A stretch of 64,000 nt of DNA from Acetobacteraceae bacterium (GTDB lineage Bacteria > Pseudomonadota > Alphaproteobacteria > Acetobacterales > Acetobacteraceae). A program made the position numbers and the translations under genes. The notes beneath the pieces are model-generated. The model saw only the letters and a list, made by a program, of their open reading frames with translations, was not told the origin of the DNA and made no database searches. Positions within the stretch are counted from its first letter, which is position 1. Each line of letters opens with the position of its first letter. Below, piece after piece: positions 59,201 to 64,000 of this stretch. Location of the stretch: positions 253 through 64,252 of the forward strand of contig JAIYDD010000163.1 in the NCBI GenBank assembly GCA_027487675.1, read 5' to 3'.

Positions 59201-60869
59201 GCGCCCCGCCCGCCTTCGGCGCGCGCCGCCGCGGCGTGGCGGGGGCGGGGCCGAGCAGCACGCAGGCATTGGTGCCGCCGAAGCCGAAGGAATTGACGCC
59301 CGCCACCGCATCCGCCGGCGCGTCCAGCGGCTCCGCCAGCGCGGGGACGCGGATGTTCAGCGCTGCGTAGTCGATGTGCGGGTTGGGTGCCGACTGGTGC
59401 AGCGTCGGCGGCACCACCCGCTTCGCCAGCACCAGCATGGCCTTGACCAAGCCGGCGATGCCGGAGGCGGGCTCCAGGTGGCCGATGTTCGACTTGATCG
59501 AGCCGATCGGCAGCGGCGAAGCGCGTCCCGCCGCCGCGGCGCTGCCGATCGCCCAGGCCTCCATCGGGTCGCCGACGGAGGTGCCGGTGCCATGCGCCTC
59601 GAAATAGCCGATGCGGTCGGGGCCGATGCCGGCTTCCGCCATCACCCGGCGGATCAGCGCGGCCTGGGCGTCGCGGTTGGGCAGCGACAGGCCGATGGTC
59701 CGCCCGGCGCTGTTCACCCCGCTGCCCAGGATGACGGCGCGGATGGCATCGCCGTCCCTGAGCGCCGCATCCAGCGGCTTCAGCAGCAGCGCGCCCGCGC
59801 CTTCCGCCCGGACATAGCCGTCCGCCGCCGCATCGAAGGCCCGGCACCGCCCGGTGGGGGAGAGCATGCCGGCGCGGGAGAAGCCGCCGAAGGCGAAGGG
59901 CGAGAGCAGCAGCTGCACGCCGGCCGCCACCGCGACCTCGACCCGCCCTTCCGCCAGTTCCCGGCAGGCGCGGTGCAGCGCGACGAGCGAGGAGGAGCAG
60001 GCGGTGTCGATCGTCTCCGCCGCGCCGCGCAGGTCGAAGACATTGGCGATGCGGTTGGACAGGATCGACAGCGCGTTGCCGGTCATGAAATACCGGTCGG
60101 CGCCGGCATAGTCCTGCAGCCGGAGTTCCGCGTAGTCGGTGGACGACCCGCCGACGAAGACCGCCGCCTCCCGCCCCGCCAGGGCGGAGGCGCGCCAGCC
60201 GGCATCGTCTATCGCGTGCTGGGTGACTTCCAGCAGCAGGCGCTGCTGCGGGTCCATCTCGGCGGCTTCGCGCGGGGAGATGCCGAAGAAGGCGGCGTCG
60301 AAGCCGGAAACGTCGCCGAGATGGCCGGCGGCATGGGTGTAGCCGCGCCCCGGCTCGCCGCGGCGGGGATGCAGGAAGGCGGCCTGGGGGAAGCGGTCCT
60401 GCGGCAGGGTGGAGACGGCGTCGCGGCCGCTGGCCAGCAATTCCCAGGCGGCATCGAGGCCATCGGCCCCGGGCAGCCGGCAGGCCGCGCCGACGATGGC
60501 GATGGGCACCGCCCTGCGGCGCGCGGCATCCACGCCCCCGCGGGACGCGGCATCCACGCCCCCGCGGGACGCGGCATCCACGCTTCTGCGGGGCGCGGCA
60601 TCCACGCCCCCGCGGGACGCGGCATCCACGCTTCTCCGGGGCGCGGCATCCACGCTTCTGCGGGGCGCGGCATCCACGCCCCCGCGGGACGCGGCATCGA
60701 CGGCCCTGCGGGGCGCGGCATCCACTCCCCCGCGGGGCGCGTCATCCACGGCCCTGCGGGACGCGTCATCCACGGCCCTGCGGGACGCGTCATCCACGGC
60801 CCTGCGGGACGCGTCATCCACGGCCCTGCGGGCCGGGGCAGCCCGTGGAGGACGAGCGCTGCGGGACAT
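53262..60869 (-). CDS. type I polyketide/fatty-acid synthase, single fully reducing module KS-AT-DH-psiMT-ER-KR-ACP, no thioesterase (RkpA-like)
   Basis: Trimmed from the 2800-aa ORF 53262..61664 to ATG 60869 (2535 aa), because the upstream part overlaps the GT4 gene in another frame. Every domain has recognisable motifs (see the domain features). The start may instead be GTG ~60509, just before 'PIAIVGAACRLPG'. Confidence 0.93.
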   Translation of the reverse strand: MSRSARPPRAAPARRAVDDASRRAVDDASRRAVDDASRRAVDDAPRGGVDAAPRRAVDAASRGGVDAAPRRSVDAAPRRSVDAASRGGVDAAPRRSVDAASRGGVDAASRGGVDAARRRAVPIAIVGAACRLPGADGLDAAWELLASGRDAVSTLPQDRFPQAAFLHPRRGEPGRGYTHAAGHLGDVSGFDAAFFGISPREAAEMDPQQRLLLEVTQHAIDDAGWRASALAGREAAVFVGGSSTDYAELRLQDYAGADRYFMTGNALSILSNRIANVFDLRGAAETIDTACSSSLVALHRACRELAEGRVEVAVAAGVQLLLSPFAFGGFSRAGMLSPTGRCRAFDAAADGYVRAEGAGALLLKPLDAALRDGDAIRAVILGSGVNSAGRTIGLSLPNRDAQAALIRRVMAEAGIGPDRIGYFEAHGTGTSVGDPMEAWAIGSAAAAGRASPLPIGSIKSNIGHLEPASGIAGLVKAMLVLAKRVVPPTLHQSAPNPHIDYAALNIRVPALAEPLDAPADAVAGVNSFGFGGTNACVLLGPAPATPRRRAPKAGGAPPLLLSARSAEGLKALAGAWRDRLAGAAPRQAAALARGAARHRDLLPHRLALRGADGAALAAALDGWARDGAAPGVAAGLAADTGAAPACFVFAGNGAQHAGMAQAALAASAPFRAALARVDGALAPLLGWSPMARIEAGVTAEELAATDRAQPLLFAIQAASLDALAGQGLRPAMVLGHSVGEVAAALAAGVLGLGDAARLIVARSRHQHLLRGQGRMAALAAGAEEAAALVAGTAVEVAALNAPGSVTLAGPEADLAVVRERAEARRIGWIGLDLDYAFHSAAMDPARDGLLAELAGLRPAAPALPMLSTVTGAALAAGEAGPAYWWRNLRQPVRFEAAMRAALAQGARLFLEIGPNPVLQSYLRETCRAARLPAACLPSLSRRDPAGEDPFAATADRAFAAGADPREGPAFAGPAERRLPPTPFHRIRAWHAATPESLRIVDPVEDHPLLGFRRAGAEPGVWTRALDTEAAPWLADHRLGPDAVLPAAAMLDMALAAARACHPDAAALELAEFRILRALPLETSRAREVRCSLSPEGAFRLESRRRLAEEGWTLHALAEARPGSANALAVPPLPVAAAEPVAGEAVRAVAARLGLAYGPAFAAVASVAADRAAGRARVELALPQAAPPDAGFLLHPSRLDGAFQGLLGLLAPDIPDGTGVVPVRVARLVALPGAAPAVAAELEVTRLGTRSAEARLVLRDGAGRAVAVAEGAEFWRIALPGAAPAAEIASRIDWVPAAEGAPPPPALGVAVDAAAREAASRDLSEVALLVEAMVAAAAQSMPLAAAAPEAAAYQAFLRRALVEDGAAEATPSGFRLLPDQALPPAAEIWRAILAERPELALDLAWLAEAMEALPSALQGGRHGAAPPPAQGAAFGRLADALAAAVAALAAAWPETRPLRILEVSAAGDALARRVVARLAPLGRQVRYVASGEARVPLPPAPPGMALDSAVWDPDAGTPPPIVADLVVGLAPAARGRAGARLAAALRPALAEGGALLLAEPLPGRAWTFACGQDPEWWSGLGPPPAPGSQGGSLPDAALWLGSLEAAGFRAASAEALPCAPWPAALVAAEAPPPPPAARPAPPRSVLVADAGGRALADALAGLLGSRGAAVERLEFGAAPAPRALAGARVLALLAPDAASLPETLAGLVRLAEAAAGSAAGFVLVTAGGAQPAEGRHAPEAAALLGLARVLANEMPALRPRRIDLAPELRPDAAARRLAGELEAAEAEPEVALAATARLVPRLVPGLALPPPGGALALEVGQPGRLGTLGWRPPAPRRPGPGEVAIRVEAAGLNFRDLMWAQGLLPEELLAVGFAGPTLGMECAGVVEEAGPGVALRPGQRVFGVAPAALAARAVTRAEALAPLPEGMAPEAAATMPVAFLTALHALEECARLQPGETLLVHGGAGAVGLAALQVAQAIGARVAMTAGTPAKRAFLRAAGAELVLDSRDPGFADALRAEWGGRGAGEGVVDVVLNSLAGEAMERSLGLLRPFGRFVELGKRDFVENRRTPFRALRRNATWFAVDVDELPRARPAHAARLLARIREALREETFRPLPFAVFGAGEVEAAFRTLQASAHIGKLVIRPPAPRPAAAAPWAPPAEATIVVVGGTRGFGLACAKWLARQGARHLALVARRAGPTGHAEALRDLAALGAQAALHACDASDADALAATLAKIRAARPIGGVVHAAGVLEDGAALSMDAARFRRALAPKLAAAENLDRLTAGDPLSLFLLFGSATVAFGNPGQANYVAANAALEALARRRRAAGKPALCVGWGPIADAGWLAADAGKAEALRRRLGVAAMTAEEALSALPAMLAAPHAAPLLVRLNPGDARIALPVFAEPAFAALAAAAPVAEAGDLRERLAALPRAEAEALVLRLAQEEIGRILRLPPDAVGVEAKVTGLGLDSLGALELRSSLEGRLGRQIPIAGLSEELTVAALARQIAAAALDPATEAATISTLMETFAPEDAPGKSVAAE
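53370..53627 (-). other. PKS acyl carrier protein domain (aa ~2415-2500)
   Basis: The phosphopantetheine site is 'GLGLDSLGALEL' (S2465). Only ~35 aa follow before the stop, so there is no TE, R or C domain. Confidence 0.88.
53850..54398 (-). other. PKS ketoreductase domain (aa ~2158-2340)
   Basis: 'IVVVGGTRGFGL', 'VVHAAGV' and the catalytic Tyr in 'GQANYVAANA'. Confidence 0.85.
54444..55442 (-). other. PKS enoylreductase domain (aa ~1810-2142)
   Basis: MDR fold with the NADPH loop 'LLVHGGAGAVGLAALQVA', 'GMECAG' and 'GKLVI'. Confidence 0.85.
55995..56852 (-). other. degenerate methyltransferase-like (psiMT) region (aa ~1340-1625)
   Basis: It occupies the position of C-MT/psiME in FAS-like megasynthases. 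The SAM motif I is decayed to 'ILEVSAAGD', compared with the consensus (V/I)LE(V/I)GxGxG. Confidence 0.5.
57030..57887 (-). other. PKS dehydratase domain (aa ~995-1280)
   Basis: 'HPLLG' (H1006), 'LPAAAMLDMAL' and 'HPSRLDGAFQ' (DxxxQ). Confidence 0.8.
58065..58937 (-). other. PKS acyltransferase domain (aa ~645-935), malonyl-type
   Basis: 'FVFAGNGAQ', the active Ser in 'GHSVGE' (S737) and the specificity motif 'YAFHS'. Phe at the third position is the malonyl signature, in contrast to YASH. Confidence 0.85.
59250..60512 (-). other. PKS ketosynthase domain (aa ~120-540)
   Basis: 'PIAIVGAACRLPG', active-site Cys in 'DTACSSS' (C291), 'EAHGTGT' (H426), 'SNIGHLEPASG' (H464) and 'NSFGFGGTNA'. Confidence 0.9.
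60519..60830 (-). repeat. 13 x 24-bp tandem repeat at the 5' end of the PKS reading frame
   Basis: On the plus strand the units are 'GCGGCATCCACGCCCCCGCGGGAC' and 'GCGTCATCCACGGCCCTGCGGGAC' variants, head to tail. In the PKS frame they encode R(R/G)(A/G/S)VD(D/A)A(S/P/R) x13 (aa 14-117). Confidence 0.9.
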
Positions 60870-60937
60870 CGCCTCAGACCAGGGGCGCGGAACGGGACGC
60901 GGCGGTTCGGGACGCGGCGGATGGGCCGCCGGCGGGG

Positions 60938-62212
60938 TCAGGCCCCGCCATCTTCGCGCCGCTGCACGCCGATGGCGGGCACCCGCGGGCGGCTGGCGAT
61001 GGCCGGCAGCGGCCGCGGGCCGGCGGGCCGCCCGACCAGGCTGTCGAGCATGCCTTCCACCTGGCGGAAATGCTCGTCCCAGCTCGGGGCGCGCCATTGG
61101 CCGAGCCGCGCGAGCTGCGCGCGGCGCGCCAGGCTGTCCGGGCGGGCATAGTCCAGCACCGCGCTGCGCCAGGCCGCGCCGTCCAGCGGGTCCAGGTAGT
61201 CGGGGACGCCGCGCCCCACCTCCCGCAGTGCCGGCAGGTCGGAGACGATGGCCGGCACGCCAAGCGCCAGCGCCTCGCCCAGCGGCAGGCCGAAGCCTTC
61301 CGCGAAGCTGGGCAGCAGCAGGGCGCGGGCGCCGCGCAGCAGCGACGCGACCTCGCGGTCCGGCAGGGCGCCGGCTTCCCGCACCAGGCCGTCCAGCGCC
61401 GCGCAGCGCTCCAGCATGTCGAGGACGTTCTCGTTCTCCCAGCCGCGGCGGCCGACCACCACCAGGCGTGGCGCGGCCGCGCCATGGGTGCCGGCCAGGT
61501 GCCGCCAGAGGTTCAGCAGCAGCAGGTGGTTCTTGCGCGGCTCGATGGTGCCGAGGGCGACGAAATAGGGCCGGATCGCGACCGGCGGCTCCTCCACCTG
61601 CGGAAGCTCGACGCCGAGGGGGGCCACCACCAGCGGCGGCTCCGTCGCGCGCGCCGCCAGCCACGGGCCGAGTTCCTTGCCGGTGGCGGCGGAGTTGACG
61701 ACGATCGCATCCGCCAGCGCCGCGGTGGTGGCGATGCGGCGCCGGTGCTTCTCCGCCTGGCCGGCGCGGGCGAATTCCGGGTGCTGCATCGGGATCAGGT
61801 CGTGGATCAGCGGCACGAAGTGGCAGCCCTGCCGGCGCAGCGCGGCGATCAGGGCGGGGCGTTCCAGCGCGCGGTGGGACACCAGCAGGAAGATCTTGTG
61901 GCCCGGCCGGCGCAGCGCCTCCGCCAGGGCGCTGCGGCCGAAGGGCAGCGCCAGGCGGGCGCGCCGCACCACGGCGGCGGCCGAGGCGGTGCCGCTGGCC
62001 CAGCTGGCTTCGATCGCCTGCACGAGGTCGCGCACCAGCGCGATCGGCAGCGCCGCGAAGCCGACCAGCGGCAGTTCGGCGACGAAGGTGGTGCGGTCCG
62101 CGGATTGGAAGGCCCAGTGGCGGGCATAGGCGAGTTCGACGCGATCAATGCCGGTCGGGGCGGGCCGACGGGCCACGGTGAGCAGGCGCGAAATATCGAG
62201 GATGACCTGCAC
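60938..62212 (-). CDS. glycosyltransferase family 4 (GT-B, group 1)
   Basis: ORF 60938..62314. The likely start is GTG 62212 (SD 'GAGGG'), just before 'VILDISRLL...GIDRVELAY'. ATG 62266 or 62314 are also possible. The EX7E region is 'PSFAEGFGLPLGEALALGVP'. Confidence 0.85.
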   Translation of the reverse strand: MQVILDISRLLTVARRPAPTGIDRVELAYARHWAFQSADRTTFVAELPLVGFAALPIALVRDLVQAIEASWASGTASAAAVVRRARLALPFGRSALAEALRRPGHKIFLLVSHRALERPALIAALRRQGCHFVPLIHDLIPMQHPEFARAGQAEKHRRRIATTAALADAIVVNSAATGKELGPWLAARATEPPLVVAPLGVELPQVEEPPVAIRPYFVALGTIEPRKNHLLLLNLWRHLAGTHGAAAPRLVVVGRRGWENENVLDMLERCAALDGLVREAGALPDREVASLLRGARALLLPSFAEGFGLPLGEALALGVPAIVSDLPALREVGRGVPDYLDPLDGAAWRSAVLDYARPDSLARRAQLARLGQWRAPSWDEHFRQVEGMLDSLVGRPAGPRPLPAIASRPRVPAIGVQRREDGGA

Positions 62213-62345
62213 GCTGACCCTCGACCCCCGCTTCTGCTGCGAACACAATCTCAACAACGCAACCATGGGTTTAAGGTTTCCCCTGCCCATCCGCGCTGCG
62301 CGATTGCTTCGCATCCTGTAGAACAGAACGCGCGATACGCTGCGT

Positions 62346-62357
62346 CACAATATTGTG
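62346..62357. promoter_or_regulatory. perfect 12-bp palindrome in the 5' region of the GT4-PKS operon
   Basis: 'CACAATATTGTG' lies in a locally AT-richer stretch upstream of the GT4 start. Confidence 0.3.
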
Positions 62358-62401
62358 CAGCGCGGAACCGCGCGTCAATCGCACATTTGTCGCGCGGTCC
62401 G

Positions 62402-62417
62402 TTGCATTTTGGTGCAA
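62402..62417. promoter_or_regulatory. inverted repeat TTGCA-N6-TGCAA upstream of the GT4-PKS operon
   Basis: 'TTGCATTTTGGTGCAA' has 5-bp arms. The binding factor is unknown. Confidence 0.25.
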
Positions 62418-62534
62418 TGCCCAGGATCGCAGCGCCGCGTGCATGCGCCGCGCGCAGCCCGGGCACACGTGTTGCGTGCAGATGCGGACAGCATCGGCGG
62501 CGGAGGCGCCGCCCACCCGCCGCACAGGGCGCGA

Positions 62535-63554
62535 TCAGTCGCCGTCCGGGCGGATCACGTTGCTCGGGATGCCGAGTAGCAAATTGTCCCGCATCGTCTC
62601 GGCGCTCTTCCGCCGGATATCGGCCCAGGCCTCCGGCGTGTGGAAGGCGCTGTGCGGCGTCACCACCAGGCGGCCGGCCAGCCAGGGCTCGCGCCGCCGA
62701 TAGGCCTGCAGCAGCGCCGGCGCCGGCTCCGGCGGCGGCTCCACCGGGATCACGTCGAGCCCGGCGCCCGCCACATGCCCCGACCGGAGCGCCGCTTCCA
62801 GCGCATCGAGGTCGAGGCTGGTGCCGCGTGCCGTGTTCACCACCACCGCGCCGGCCGGCAGCTGCGCCAGCTGCGCCGCCCCCACCAGCCCGCGCGTCAG
62901 CCGCGTGTCCGGCACGTGGATCGACAGCACGTCCGCATGCCGCATCAGCTCGTCGAGCGTCCGGCACCGCCCGATGCCGAGCGCCCGATCCGCGCCGTTC
63001 GGCAGGAAGGGGTCGAAGAAGGCGACCTTGAAGCCGAAGGCCTTGGCGCGCAGCGCGACCGCCGTGCCGATCCGGCCGAGGCCCAATATGCCGAAGCCCT
63101 GCACCTCCGCCCGGCGGATCAGCGGGTGGTCGAGGTAGCGCCAGGGTGCCGGCGGGTCGGCGCGCTGCAGGTCATGGTGCAGCACGATGCCCCGCCGCAG
63201 CGACAGCGCCAGCGCCATCGCGTGGTCCGCCACCTCCATCGTGCCGTAGTCGGGGACGTTGCAGACGGTGATGCCGCGCGCCGCGCAGGCCGCCCGGTCC
63301 AGCCGGTCGTAGCCCACGCCGGTGCGCACCACGACCTTGAGCCGGGGGAACCGCGCGACATGGTGGGCGCGCAGCCAGTGGCGGAAGACCAGCAGCCCGT
63401 CGACGCGCGCGCAGACCTCGTCGGACAGCGCATCGAGGCTCCCGGTGTGCGGCGCGCCGCCGCGCAGCAGCTCAACCTCCGGCCCCAGGATCTCCTGCTC
63501 GAGCGCCGCGTCGGGGTACATCGCCTCGGGCTCGAGGACCGTCAGTCGCGCCAA
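62535..63554 (-). CDS. C-terminal-binding-protein-like D-2-hydroxyacid dehydrogenase
   Basis: 339 aa with a TTG start. Motifs are 'GYDRLD', 'VCNVPDYGTMEVADHAMAL', 'GILGLGRIG', 'VVNTARG', 'AGLDVIPVEP' and 'VTPHSAF'. Confidence 0.85.
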   Translation of the reverse strand: MARLTVLEPEAMYPDAALEQEILGPEVELLRGGAPHTGSLDALSDEVCARVDGLLVFRHWLRAHHVARFPRLKVVVRTGVGYDRLDRAACAARGITVCNVPDYGTMEVADHAMALALSLRRGIVLHHDLQRADPPAPWRYLDHPLIRRAEVQGFGILGLGRIGTAVALRAKAFGFKVAFFDPFLPNGADRALGIGRCRTLDELMRHADVLSIHVPDTRLTRGLVGAAQLAQLPAGAVVVNTARGTSLDLDALEAALRSGHVAGAGLDVIPVEPPPEPAPALLQAYRRREPWLAGRLVVTPHSAFHTPEAWADIRRKSAETMRDNLLLGIPSNVIRPDGD

Positions 63555-63654
63555 ATCCGCCTCCCCTCCCGCCGGCGTGGCCGGCTGGCGGCACGATGCG
63601 CCGGCGAGCCCTCGGGCGACAAGCCGGGGTGGCGGCGCGGGGCGGCCGCAGCCG

Positions 63655-63978
63655 GGCGGGGCGCCGCCCCATCGGCGCTAACTTATCGGCGAAGGGTGCG
63701 CGAGGTGGCCCGGGTGGAGGCGTTGCCTCCCCCCCGTCGAACGCCTTCGGCGTTTGACCCCCCCCCACAACCAGAGCTGCCGCCCTGGACCGGCGTCAGT
63801 AGAAAGAACAAGCAAATCAGGGGGGTTCCAACGGGCCGCTGCCCCTTGGCGGGGGTCGGACGCATGCGTCCGACGGGCAGAGCCCCGGCCGGAGCGCGAG
63901 GCGGAGCCTCGCACCTTCCGCCGTCGCCGTTCCCATGGTCGCCAAGCCAAAGTTGGCGCCCATGGGGCGCCGCCCCTT
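63655..63978 (+). mobile_element. MITE-like repeat, full copy I
   Basis: The ends 'GGGGCGCCGCCCCATCGGCGCTAACTTA' and 'CCAAAGTTGGCGCCCATGGGGCGCCGCCCC' are inverted repeats. The interior is collinear with copy A. Confidence 0.72.
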
Positions 63979-64000
63979 CACGGGGGGCCTCCGGCGGCGC

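Noticed and set aside
60519-60830. Possibility that the 24-bp, 25-bp (46591-46715) or 27-bp (18965-19072) arrays are CRISPR arrays.
   Set aside because: The repeat units are directly adjacent with no spacers, the units are shorter than typical CRISPR repeats, and no cas genes are present.
52652-61151. Giant plus-strand ORFs (52652..58264, 1870 aa; 52839..61151, 2770 aa) and the alternate-frame minus ORF 53245..59847 (2200 aa), all overlapping the PKS gene.
   Set aside because: Their translations are monotonous Arg/Pro/Ala/Gly strings with no domain motifs. These are typical stop-codon-poor shadow frames of a ~70% GC gene. The frame carrying KS/AT/DH/ER/KR/ACP motifs is unambiguous.
60870-61664. 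Upstream extension of the PKS ORF to 61664 (2800 aa).
   Set aside because: The extension overlaps the GT4 gene (60938..62212), which has clear GT-B motifs in another frame. The extension itself is Arg/Pro/Gly-rich with no similarity to anything.
62311-62330. 'GAACAGAAC' near the GT4 start as a possible alphaproteobacterial LexA box (GAAC-N7-GAAC).
   Set aside because: The spacing between the GAAC half-sites is 1 nt, not 7.

Overview
Very GC-rich alphaproteobacterial chromosomal segment; the gene order (serA / hisZ-purA, MoxR-DUF58-DUF4159 operon, DUF1285-NUDIX-cca, membrane cytochrome c next to pheA) looks Rhodospirillales/Acetobacteraceae-like, but that is inference only. I call about 48 CDS and find no rRNA, tRNA, CRISPR, transposase or integrase. 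Most genes are housekeeping: serA 3' end, hisZ, purA, cca, pheA, an MsbA-like ABC exporter, a yejABEF-type peptide importer, an M17 peptidase and a seven-gene Mrp/Pha cation-proton antiporter operon followed by a sigma54-type two-component system. The most interesting content is a 13.3-kb minus-strand locus (48962-62314). It encodes a GT4 glycosyltransferase, a 2535-aa thioesterase-less type I PKS with mammalian-FAS domain order (KS-AT-DH-psiMT-ER-KR-ACP), a PLP-dependent alpha-oxoamine synthase, a formyltransferase-fold protein and a KpsS-type capsule Kdo-transferase. This resembles the genetically known but chemically unresolved rkpA/rkpG/rkpJ capsule-lipid region of Sinorhizobium. It predicts a PKS-derived amino-lipid anchor, possibly N-formylated and glycosylated. 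The second theme is a dense population of GC-rich mosaic repeats. These comprise a ~300-bp MITE-like element with ~28-bp terminal inverted repeats (4 full copies plus fragments), a second composite hairpin element (2 copies) and a short 'GGGAGAGGGTCGGGGTGAGGG' REP (3 copies). They fill unusually long gaps inside three operons (MoxR, yej, PKS). There are also three spacer-less tandem arrays: 13 x 24 bp at the PKS 5' end, 4 x 27 bp at the vat 5' end, and 5 x 25-bp hairpin units between convergent genes. Other notable items are an MrpG fused to a ~300-aa tandem USP-like domain, a near-consensus sigma54 -24/-12 element abutting mrpA, and a sialyltransferase-like (GNGPSL) multidomain protein next to a visibly lower-GC zinc-ribbon gene. 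All functional calls rest on motif recognition by eye and no searches were run. Start codons were refined from the ORF track and may be off by a few codons.
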